A DNA stretch of 64,000 nucleotides from Camelus ferus (taxonomy: Eukaryota): NCBI RefSeq assembly GCF_009834535.1, contig NC_045697.1, positions 88,042,001-88,106,000 of the forward strand, in the 5' to 3' direction. Below, in pieces: positions 51,462 to 62,075 of the stretch. The notes beneath the pieces were generated by a model. It did no database searches. It saw only the letters and a list, made by a program, of their open reading frames with translations, and was not told where the DNA came from. Position 1 is the stretch's first letter, and each line of letters begins with the position of its first letter. The position numbers and the translations under genes were made by a program.

Positions 51462-51652
51462 CAGGTGTTCTGAAGCGTGGTTCCTGGAACAGCAGCATTA
51501 GCACCGTCTGGGGGCCTTTGATAGATGCAAATTCTCAGGCCTCACCCACTAACCTGTAGCCTGGAAACTGTGTGGGTAGGGCGCAGCAGCCTGGGTTTTC
51601 ATAAGCCACCAGGTGATTCTGATATAATTCATGGTAAAGTTTGAGATCTCCT
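51462..51652. mobile_element. MER5A MITE, near full length
   Basis: gtggttcctggaacagcagcattagcacc..agatgcaaattctcaggcctcaccc..aagccaccaggtgattctgat..aaagtttgagatc. Confidence 0.88.
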
Positions 51653-52279
51653 GCATGGGAGCTGGCCTTGGAGCAGGCATCGCCAGTCTGGAGACTGGCC
51701 AGAGGATGGTGGCACTGCCAAGCTTGTCCCAGAGGTAATGCTAATGAACAAAGCTAGAACTTCCTGAATTGGAATGAGAAACCTGGAAGAAGTCAACCAG
51801 CTGTTAGCCGAAAAAGGTAGAGAAGACACTTAAGTAGAAGCAGAGACCAGGAGTCAATAAAGTCACATGCACGTCGGGCCGCTCAGACGCCTGTCGGTGA
51901 AAGGGCAAGGTTTCCCACATTCCTACAGTGAGCTTCCATTATGCAAGGTATCTCATGACCAAAAATGCTTAAAAGCCTCTTGTCCTCTCAATTCAGAAGC
52001 TACGTGGAGGGAGAGAATAATACTGATGATTGAGCCAAACTTGGAGAGGCGCAAAGAAGCCGTCTTGTTTAGATACTGAGACAATAACGATGCTGGATGC
52101 AGAGAGGTCAGACCAACAAGGTCTTGGAAGATAAGTCTTATTCAGACATACAGTTGTCTCCTGTGGAGCAGGTAACCAGAAGTTACAAGTCTTATAAATA
52201 ACGTGTTGTGCACTTACTTGTGTGGGATGCTGTTTTATGTGCATGCGTGTGAGTGTGCGTGAATATATATATGATACCT

Positions 52280-52470
52280 GAATTCACTTAAATCACATAA
52301 TAACCCAGCTATGTTTGTACTATTACTGTATTTGTTTTATTGATAATAACATTAGGGCAAGGGGAGAGTAACTGCCTTGCTCAGGGACACACACGTGATC
52401 CGCTACGGGGTGGGGATTTGCACCCTGGCAACCTGGCACCAGGGCCCATGCTGTCAACTGCGATGCTATA
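52280..52470 (-). mobile_element. MIR fragment
   Basis: aattcacttaaatcacataataaccc..gagtaactgccttgctcagggacacac..gggatttgcaccctggcaacctggcaccaggg. Confidence 0.7.
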
Positions 52471-53595
52471 TTGCTTCTTGATGGAAGTTATTAAAATTAA
52501 TCCTCTAGGTTTGGGATTCTATAAATTGCTCGTTTGTGTCTATGGCAACCATATGCAAAGCCATGTGCTTCTAGACACTCATTTGAAATCACCAGTAACC
52601 ATAAGAGCCACATGGCTCCTGCGTGTCCCACCAGACATGTGCATATGATTACATTTTGTATATGACTCCTAACATCTTCATCACACAAATGTTCCGTATT
52701 GAGAACTCTGGTTTTAGTTCCTATAAGAATTGTTCGCATCTGATTTCCTGGTTGTAATCTTGAGCAAAAGAGGGAGAAGGGAAGAAAGTAGGTACTGTCC
52801 TCCTTTTTCTAGATCAGGAATGTTTTCCAAAGTTCTGTGGTAGATAGAATAGATAGAACAGTGTGAAACCTAAGAGGTTTTCCTAAAAGGTACGGGGGAG
52901 GCCCTCCAGCCCACAGGGACAGCATACTTCTAAATCGATTCTGAGAAAGGCACGCCCCTCCTAAGCTATTGGTGATCAGTGCTTTCATGTATTTTTAAAA
53001 TATAGGCTAGTTCAGGGTACATATATAACATATATACAATATATATAAATGTTAATTTTTATTTGTTAAAATGAAAAGGGCATAGGGTTACGTAGCAACT
53101 CAATAATAGAGCAGGGCCTAGCAGATGAATCTTTAATTTTTTTTTTTTATTGCCGTCTTCAGTGATCATCTGTGATGTGCCAGGGACTACACCCATACAG
53201 GGGATCTGGAAAAACAGCTCTCCCCTCCCTATCGTCATACTCTTGTTACCCAGGCTTTCTCTGATGTGGTTGTAGCATTGTCGCTCTACTTGGGTGAGCC
53301 AGTGAGCTTGTGCTCTGCAACTGGGGTATCGCCAGGGCTCCGGGAAGGTAGATTGCCACACACTCTACTCACAGCAAGAGTGGTGGCTCCTAGAAGATTG
53401 TGAATCTCAACCTAGCTTTCTGGTAGGGCTAAGGAATGTCCACCAGGAGCGATGTACTCCACCAACCCCTGGTGTTCACCCTTGGTTGCCCTAGAATGTT
53501 CTTTCCTTCCATCTTAGAAAACCATATGTGTGTGTGTGTGTCCCCTTGTGCATGTGTAAGTGGATTGATGAATGAGTGGAGGGTATATCAGAAGG

Positions 53596-53606
53596 GGAAG
53601 TGAAAC
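53596..53606 (+). promoter_or_regulatory. ETS-IRF composite element (EICE)-type motif
   Basis: AAGG-GGAAGTGAAAC: PU.1-type purine flank plus GGAAnnGAAA. Motif match only. Confidence 0.35.
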
Positions 53607-54392
53607 AATTTGAAGGACAGATAAAAGCAGTTGAGACTTCTAGTTCTGGAGCTCCTCCTTCTATCTGACTCCTAGTTCCAGACATTCTTCTCAGAAGTTT
53701 TGTAGAGTATTTTGAAGCCTTCCCTAACATGTCAGGTAACTCACATTTTTCTAAGGGTCTAATCCAGTGGCAACAGAATGTGTTTTCTCAAGGCTGCTTA
53801 ATCTGAATCTCTGAGTATCTTTTTGTCTGGTGAGCAAAATGTGTGATCATTTTAGGATTCCTAATTGGTGTGTAACAAGTGCCTGTTTCATCTAAATGTG
53901 AGCCACATGTAATTACAATTTTAAATAAAAAATAAGACATTCTGGTGAAGAAATCTGGTGTCTCAAAGAGCAACCATTTGCAAATAAAAAGCTGCAGAGA
54001 ACTTAAAATCATGATCGTGAGATCATTGCTTTGTATAATTTATATTGTGGAATCATTAGATTCATTTCCTTCATCATATTCTTAGAGATTGTACGAACTG
54101 GCTAATGGACTCCCTTTTTAGAAAATGCTATCATATACATCTCTCCACTTCCTTACCATTAAAAAAAATCCTATTTTCTTTCCACTGATCATAAATTCAA
54201 AGCATCGTATGAAGTACTATAGTAATAAGGTGTAATTAGAAAAATGATGACAACTACAACTCTGTTGAATAGTATTACATTAAATAAAACAGAGTTGTTA
54301 TTTTATTATTTATTAAAACAATTTAAGCAAAAACAATGTCATGAACAAAAAGCTAAATGTTAGATTCAAAACCGTCATAGCAACTGGGAGAA

Positions 54393-54411
54393 GCACCACT
54401 AGGTGGAGCCC
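54393..54411 (+). promoter_or_regulatory. CTCF-binding motif candidate adjacent to an RFX half-site
   Basis: GCACCACTAGGTGGAGCCC (one core mismatch, GGA for GGC); CGTCATAGCAAC at 54373-54384. Confidence 0.5.
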
Positions 54412-55074
54412 GTGGTTTCCAAGATTTAGGGTAAGTCTCCTGGAGCAGTCCCGGGATGTTTTCTGGTTGTTGAGCCACAGTGCTGCTAGGAATGATCATT
54501 AAGCTGATCTATTGGACAATCCTTTGACTATCACAATTAGGAAGTGGGTAATTTGATAATGGGTTAGTCCATTTTTCTTTCTGAACAAGTACATAAAAGA
54601 ATGCAAGTGCTATCAACCCATTTCTGGAAATTAAGAGTAATTTAAACTGATTTTCTGGGAAGGAAAAATCAATAATTTGATAATATTATAGCAAAGGAAG
54701 TTAGTTATGGGGAAGACTTATTGAAATGCAGTTTTTTCTTATTAGTGGGCATCAAATGTCCACTTTAAAAAGAGTTTACAAGAAAATTATAACAAGAATG
54801 CACTCTAAAATGTACTTACTATAGTCCTATGGTAGATAAAAGAAACCCATATAAAAAGATTATTTAGATTACCTTCATCAAGCAATTACAATCTGTTAAG
54901 TACATTCCAGGAAAAAAATGTAAATGCAGTCCTGTTATAGTCTAGTAGCTGTTCTAAAATAGCAAGTGAAAAGCTTTCCATACTGATGATACACAGTTAA
55001 GCCTATTAAAAAGATTTTAAATTACTGATTTCAGAGTCATTCTTTTTATGTTGAATTTATTTTTTTAAAAGTTT

Positions 55075-55705
55075 AGAACTTTTTTGAGGTAGAATTGACA
55101 GAAATATACTGTTTAAATTTAAATAGTCTAATTTGATAAGTTTTCACACACACACACACACACACACACCACACACACACACACACTAGCATCAACACAA
55201 TAAGGTTGTGAACATATTTATCTCCTTTTAAAGTTTCTTTGTGCTCCCTCACTCCCTTCCCTGCTGGTCCCCTCCCCCCAGGGGACCACTAATCTATCTT
55301 CTGTCACTATAAGTTAGTTTACATTTTCTATATGGATTCATACAGTATGAACAGGTTTTTAGTGGATAGCTAGCTTCTTTCACTGAGAATAACTACTTGC
55401 GATTCACTACGTTGTTGAATGTATCAATAGTTCATCCATTGTCATTGCTGAGTACTACTTCAAGGTTTGAATATACCATGCTGTGTTTATCCATTTATCT
55501 GTTAATGGACATTCAGATTATTGTTTTTATTTTTTTTCCCCCAGTTTGGAGTTATTACAAATAAAGTTTCTGTGATCGTTCATGTACGAATTTTGTACAG
55601 ACACATATTTCCTTTTCTCTTGGTTGTGTGAAATAGTCATTGGTAGGTATCTGTTTAATGTTTTATGAAACTGCCAAGCTGTTTTCCAAAATGGTTGTGC
55701 CATTC
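55075..55705 (-). mobile_element. LINE-1 (L1MB-like) 3' end containing a (CA)n array
   Basis: tttttgaggtagaattgaca..aatttgataagtttt..accactaatctatcttctgtcactata..tgaatgtatcaatagttc..tttatccatttatctgttaatggacatt..gaaactgccaagctgttttccaaaatggttgtgccatt. Confidence 0.9.
55145..55186. repeat. (CA)n microsatellite with one interruption
   Basis: Direct reading; CC interruption at 55169-55170. Confidence 0.96.
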
Positions 55706-56419
55706 TTTCTTCTTTTATGTATAGTGAAGGACATATCTCTATTTTATGGAAATTAATAAAAGCAATGAATATCATGAATTACTTAATTTAAGTTAGGAGA
55801 GAAAAAAGACACCCTTGCCTTTCCTTCTGTTTAAAACTACACTATCCTGTACCACAGTATTGAATTTGTCTCCTGTGTACTGTAGAGGGGCAGAAATTAA
55901 TCCATTATCACTATCTTTAAAATATGTGAGTATAATAAGTAACTTAAACATCACTGAGCAATTTATGGGAAAAAGAAAAGAGCAAATACAACTTTTATTT
56001 CACCAAAATGCAAACATGATGAAAAACCCCAGAACTGTAAACAGTCTGTATGCCTCATAATTTTGTCACTTTAGGTTATGATGAATAAACATCTCAAAAA
56101 AAATTACAGCAGTTTCTGTTTCAGTGTTCTGTCCTAAATTCAGGCCATGTGTTTTTATTCTTTATTGAAAAAAAATTCAATCACTGTATTTCCAGCAAAA
56201 AAGTTTCTCATTAAACTTCTCCAGCAGATTAACTTCTCCAAAAATAACACATCTTGACATACTTGTAGCATGTCGTTGTCTTTATTCAAATAAGTCATGC
56301 TGGCCATGGTTTAAACTGTACTTTATTACCTTTTTGGAAAAAATAGCTTTATTTTAATAGTTTTTAAATTAAAGGGAGTACACTGTAAGAAATAAGGTGT
56401 CAGTTAAATATTCTGAAAA

Positions 56420-56610
56420 TATTTCATTATTTACCAGCTATATGGCCTTCTATAAATTACTTAATTATCTATATTGGCATCTGTGAAATGGAAATAATAG
56501 TTCTGTACACCTGCTTTTTTTTTTGAGGATTCAGGAAATTAAAACATGTGAAGTACTTGAAAAGTGCTAGTCATATAGTAAATACTCAATAAATATTACT
56601 GTTTATTATT
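56420..56610 (+). mobile_element. MIR
   Basis: ttaccagctatatggcctt..catctgtgaaatggaaataatag..gaggatt..atgtgaagtacttgaaaagtgctagtcatatagtaaatactcaataaatattactgtttattatt. Confidence 0.8.
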
Positions 56611-57486
56611 TCTAAAAGTCTCCAAATATACATGATAGTGATACCTAAATCTATATTGAGAACAACAAAAATACATACAAAGAAACATGTTCAGAAACCC
56701 TTCCTTGCTTTCCTGTAAAGACCATCGCTGTACTGCCTTTAAAACAGAGTTAGAGCTTTTCTACATCTCTAGATTCCCAGTGGCTGGAACAATTTCTTAG
56801 ATTCTCAAAGGACTGTGACTTCTTTGTTGGTTTCTTAAATCAGATATGTTTCCTGACCCACTATGATCAATTTGTTAAGTGCAAATCCTCTGAAATACGA
56901 AGATTACATGTTAAAATGAACTACATTTAAATCTGTTTAATTTAGGATTTATTTAAATGTGTAACTGTGTATTACTTTGGTTACAAAAATGTGAGATACT
57001 TCTTTCAAAGACCGAATAAGCCCATGCATAATAATTCCTTTCAGTTTCAAACCTATTGGATTGATAGATAAAATATTTAAGTACTAGTAATTAAATGAAT
57101 GAACATACTCAAAACAAATGAGAAGTCTCTGTGACCCAGGAACAGACAGGAATTGAAAGCAGTTTGTTTAGCCAAGAAACCCCTGGTGGTGAGGCGGACT
57201 CAATCTCTGTGGCCATACAAAGCTAGGTCTGGGTGAGACCAGAGAGTTAGGACTTCAGGCTGGGAGAGGGGTGTGAGGGGACCGGGTGCCTCACCTGGTG
57301 AGGGGCTACAGCCTGACTCTTGCTTGACTAAAGCTCCTGGACCATCAGCATCTCAAGTCCTGTTTTTAAAATAGAAAACAATCCAATATTACTGCATCAT
57401 TTTTGCAGCTGTAGTTGGATTCCATTTTAAGATGATGTCAGACTAGGACAAGGTGAACATCCCAGTTGAGCCCTTTCCATGTTGAG

Positions 57487-57703
57487 AGAAAGGCAGCCTA
57501 GTGCGGTGGGGAAGAGCACTGTCGGGGGGGTCAGATTGTCCAGGATGGAATCCCAGCCCTGCCACTTCTAGTGTGTGCCTCCAGGCCTCAGTTTCTCCCT
57601 TTGTAATATGTGAGGAACAGCAGTGCCTACAGCAGCGGGTTGTGTATGAAATGAGTACGCACCTGGAACTCGGCCCATAGCAGAAACCATGTAACATGTG
57701 TTA
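57487..57703 (+). mobile_element. MIR
   Basis: aggcagcctagtgcggtggggaagagcact..gaatcccagccctgccactt..ggcctcagtttctccctttgtaa..gggttgtgtatga. Confidence 0.85.
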
Positions 57704-58089
57704 TGAATAGTGAGAAAGTGTTCATCCTATATGTGTGGAGCATCCCGTATAGGTCAAGCTTTTGAGAAACTGATTATGAAATGAAATACTTATTTGGCTA
57801 CTTTTGTATTCAATTTTAAATATCCTCCTTTCATGTTTTCCCCCCTAGACTTCAGTCCTTATATTTAAACACCTAAATGAAGCGATGACCCTGGATTGAA
57901 GTCTCAGCAAAACAGCCATCACCTTTCAATATCAGGTGAGACAGTTTATGCATACTTTTACCTTTGGAAAGTGTATTTCTCTTGGCCGGAATTCGTTAGC
58001 TCCAGGAAATTGTGAGAAATGGGGAGTTAAAGTCCCTGAGTGGGCTGTCTTCTCCCTAAAACTTGCTTTGCCTGTTTTCTAGATTCGCT

Positions 58090-58770
58090 GCCAGGCCACA
58101 TCATCACTCACCTGCTTCCTCACACTACAGATCCAGGCATTTCCCTTGCTGCTTCCTTCTACCTCACCCTCTGCGCCCCAATCCAATCACCCATTCTAAA
58201 CCCTGCCCATTTTATTTCTAAACATCTTTCAACCTTGAATCCTCCTTTTCATGTTATCACTCTCCTCATAGAGTTTCTCATCATCCCTCAGATGGCCAGT
58301 GTTCCCATCCACCCAGCTGGGCTCTCTGCCAGCTGACCTGACCCTCCAATCCATCTGCCTCCCAGCTGCTAGAGAAAGCTCTCCAAACAAAAGCCTGACA
58401 GCGGCTCTGCGTGGCCGCTATGGGATAAAGTTTCACATCCCTGCTGGAGCATCCAGCCTCCTTTTCCAGCTTCTCACGTGCTGCTCTCCCATCTATTGGA
58501 AATGAAAGTTGCCCACACGCTATGGTTTTTCTCACGTATTTCCCCTTTCTCATTCTGTCAGTCTGCCCGAATGCCCTTGTCCCTCCCTCACACTCCCACC
58601 ACGGTCACCCCGTCACCACAATGCCTAGCTGATGGCTCTTTGAAGATTTATTTCATGCAGTGACTTCTATTAAAAAAAAAAAAAAGCCTTCCCTGAAGCG
58701 CCAAGGCGGCTTTAGGTGCCCTTCCTCCAGGCTCCCGGAGTACTTGGGCGTTTGTGTTTTGCCCTTGTGA
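58090..58770 (+). mobile_element. L2 fragment
   Basis: ccaggcatttcccttgctgcttccttct..atccaatcac..ccctccaatccatctgc..tgggataaagtttcacatcc..aagccttccctga. Confidence 0.7.
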
Positions 58771-59043
58771 ATAATATTTTTTTCTGGTAAAATGGCTCTG
58801 AGACTAAACTCTTCTTGATCCTTCTCTATGGATTAGACTTAATTATCAGAATACAATATGCTAAACTTTGATGTTTAATTGTAAAACAATGCATTATTAA
58901 CATTTAAATAGAAGCCTTTAATACATGTAAATGAGAGTTCAAAATACATAAAGAATTTACATATTAACACTATTTCTGTATATTTTAAATGAAAGAAAAA
59001 GATATGGTGTCGACAGTAGCATGATGTTCTGATGCTATTTCTC

Positions 59044-59078
59044 TGTGTGTGTGTATGTGTGTGTGTATGTGTATGTTT
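59044..59078. repeat. (TG)/(TATG) microsatellite
   Basis: Direct reading. Confidence 0.85.
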
Positions 59079-61149
59079 GTGGAGTGGGGAATAAGAAGAG
59101 CTCCAACAAACGGTTTTTGGCTCTGGTCCCCTTTTCCACCAGCCTTTCCTCTGTCAGCAGCTGCAGAGAAGGTTGGGCAGAACTCCTTGGTTCGGTGACC
59201 ATTCAGTTACATCACATCACAAACGAATAAAAACCAACCTCCCATTCTTTCTTATTGGCCTTTCCCCTGTGTTATTTGCTGTGGAGTAAGATGACTTAAC
59301 TTCACATTGAGGAGACTGGAGAGGTTTCTAATGCCTTATGAAGGGGTTGGGGAAACTTTGATTCTGTGTAGTTATATAGCAAGAAGGTATAAAATACATA
59401 CAGTTAAGCACGTTGTGTTATTTAATGTTAATTTGGACAGAGAAGAAGTTCTAAAATGGTTTCCATTTTGCCTCATTCTTCTACAGAAAGTGGCGTTGAC
59501 ACCTATGAGGCTACAGTGTGTGTTCAGTATTTGTCAGTCTCTTGTTGACAGCAGCTACTAAGGGGTGTGTGTTTTTGTTTTCCCAGTGCTTTGTGTTGAG
59601 TTTGTGCATAGTAGGTACTCGATTTGATTGTTGAGTAAAAAAAAAAAATTAACAAAGTAAATAAATGCATGAGTTTAGTAATTTAGTCAATCTCTGATAT
59701 TTCTTTAAAAGAAATTAAAGTCAAATGCTATAGTTAATATTCATGCCAGACAGCAAACTAAATGAAGAAATTTCAAAAATATATTCAAAATTATCCCTTT
59801 GTAGTTGTTGAGGGCTGTTGAACTCAGTCATTTTCCTTGAGAATTAAAAGTTGTTTGTTCTGAATTCAATTCAAATTTCAAACTATTGAAATTTACCCCC
59901 AAACAATACCAAATTCTCATTTGGTTTTATCTTTGTCCTTCAGTTACCTAATATGAGGTTTGAAAGAATAAAGCATCACAACTGCAGGCTTTTCACTTAA
60001 TTTCTAAAGCCCTACGTTTTTCACATTCTTCCTTTAGTGTTCTTTAACCCAAACAACTAATCATTATTTTCATATTTTGAGTAAAATGGTAAGGAAAATA
60101 CTTAGATGTTAATTTCTACCATCAATAACTCTTTTTTTAAAAGTCATGCTTTGCCTAAATGAAAGCTATTATAAACAGACAGAATAGCCTGGGGGAATTT
60201 TAGAGTTTCTAAATTCATATCAAATATAAAGTACACTCAATCAGTTTTTACGTGTTGACTCCAAACTACAAATGGCTCATTTCGACATAAGACAGATTAA
60301 AATTTCAATTGACCTTTGCTTAAGTTTTTAAAAATAAAGGAATCATGTTTCTGTGCTCATCTCATGATACTTTTTCTTTGTTTCTGTGTAACTGAAATAA
60401 TTGTTAACTCAGGGATTTATGAGATTTTTAAAAAATTACATACATTTAACAAAATACATGTTTTTCCTGTTGACTATTGGATGATCGCTATGGCATATAT
60501 AAAGATTTAGTAAAAGCAGTTGAAGTGCTGTGGATGATCGAGTGTATTTTTGAATTATTGCTTCCCAAGATGTTAACAGAAATTATATCCACTCACAAAA
60601 TTAATAGCTTTTTTGGGATTTGTTTGTTAAGAAGCAAAGAAATTATATTACTGGATATACTGAAAAACTTATTTGTATTTTACTTCTTTGAGAGATTGGA
60701 GGTTTATCTGAGTTAATACAGTAATTAATAGCATGTACATTTCTCTTTTCACTTAAGATATTATAAAGAATGACTAGAAACTTGGATATTTATTTATAGT
60801 TAGAAAATCTCCTGATATTTTAAATAATTCTAATAAATGACAGGATCAAAAAATAAAACAAGACAACAAAAAACTCTTTCAGTCTTTTCAAATCTTTAAA
60901 CATCCAGAGAATTACAAAATTGCTCTAAAAATATATCATCATATCCTGGATTAAGGCTGCAGTTGTATTAAATGATTATTACAACCCCATCAAATCCTGA
61001 GATTCCAAGAATTTTTGAGTATCAAATCAAGAAAACACCAAGAAAATACATTCAGACAAGACAGACATGTATGAAATTTTCACTCAGTTATTTCGTATAT
61101 CTAATTAAACAGATCCTCCCTGTTTAAATACCATTTGTTTATGAATTTG

Positions 61150-61710
61150 GAATTTGTCTCATTGCAAGTAACAGAAAATCCTACAAATAGTAGCTAAAAT
61201 AATTACCTCAAGAAAAGCCTACTAGAGCTGCTGTATTTGGTCCATGTTCCCTTTTGTTTTGTCTCTCTGGTCTGCTATCCTTGTGTGTTCATTTGTCCTC
61301 TTCTTGCAAAGGACCTCGTGCCTCCATCCCTTCTTCCTGCCTGCTACTGATTACCTCCAGCTACACTGAACCATCTTGATTTCCTTGGTCAAGACTGGTT
61401 TACCTCCAGGCGTTGGCCTCAATTTTTTCCTCTTCCTCTCACTTCTTTATCTGGCCAACTCCTACCAGTCCTTCAGATCTCAGATTAGACAAATGCTTCC
61501 TCCAGGAAGTCTTCCCAATTACCAAGTTCTGGGTTCAGTGCCCTCCCAATTCTTTACCTTTTATCGCCCCTGTATTTCGTTGCCTTCTTACTTGTCTGTC
61601 GGCCATAATAAACCACTTGTTCTGTGAAGGCACAGACTGTTTTTCATGTTCACTGCTGCATCCCTAGTGCTTAGCCAAACAGTAGTACGTATTTAGGAAT
61701 TTATTTAAGT
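61150..61710. mobile_element. MLT1-like LTR fragment (-, ~61150-61330) followed by an L2 3' fragment (+)
   Basis: ttgcaagtaacagaaaatcctac..tagtagctaaa (MLT1K/L-like), then ctggccaactcctaccagtccttcagatctcag..cctccaggaagtcttccc..tgttcactgctgcatccctagtgcttagc (L2). Confidence 0.65.
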
Positions 61711-61789
61711 ATATTCTTACTTTGTAACTTTAGAATAAAACTCTAAATAGGACACAGTAATTCTGAACTCTTAGTAGCTTTGATTAACT

Positions 61790-62075
61790 CATTCTTTCTT
61801 CATATCATAAATACGTGTTATGTACCTGTCATATGACAAGAAGTCTGTTTAGCATTGGGGCTTATGGATTGTGCATTATGAAAATAATAGAGATACAGAC
61901 AAAGTGCTAGAATCATTCAGAATAAGTAGTCAGTAGCTGTACTTGGGGAACCCAAGGACCACTCTCCAAAGTAAGGAACATTTAGTTCATGAAGGCAAAA
62001 CTTTTCCTATCTTCTTCATCACAGAATTCCCGGTGCATAAACTAATGCCAACAATCTGTTAAGTGAAAGAATAAA
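61790..62075. mobile_element. Short L2 remnants in both orientations
   Basis: cattctttcttcatatcataaatacgtgttatgtacctg (antisense tail); ttcatgaaggcaaaac..cttcatcacagaattcccggtgcat..tgttaagtgaaagaat (sense tail). Confidence 0.45.

Noticed and set aside
54256..54298. 11-bp inverted repeat ACAACTCTGTT/AACAGAGTTGT with 21-nt spacer
   Set aside because: A single stem of this length is plausible by chance in 64 kb of AT-rich DNA; no further pairing.
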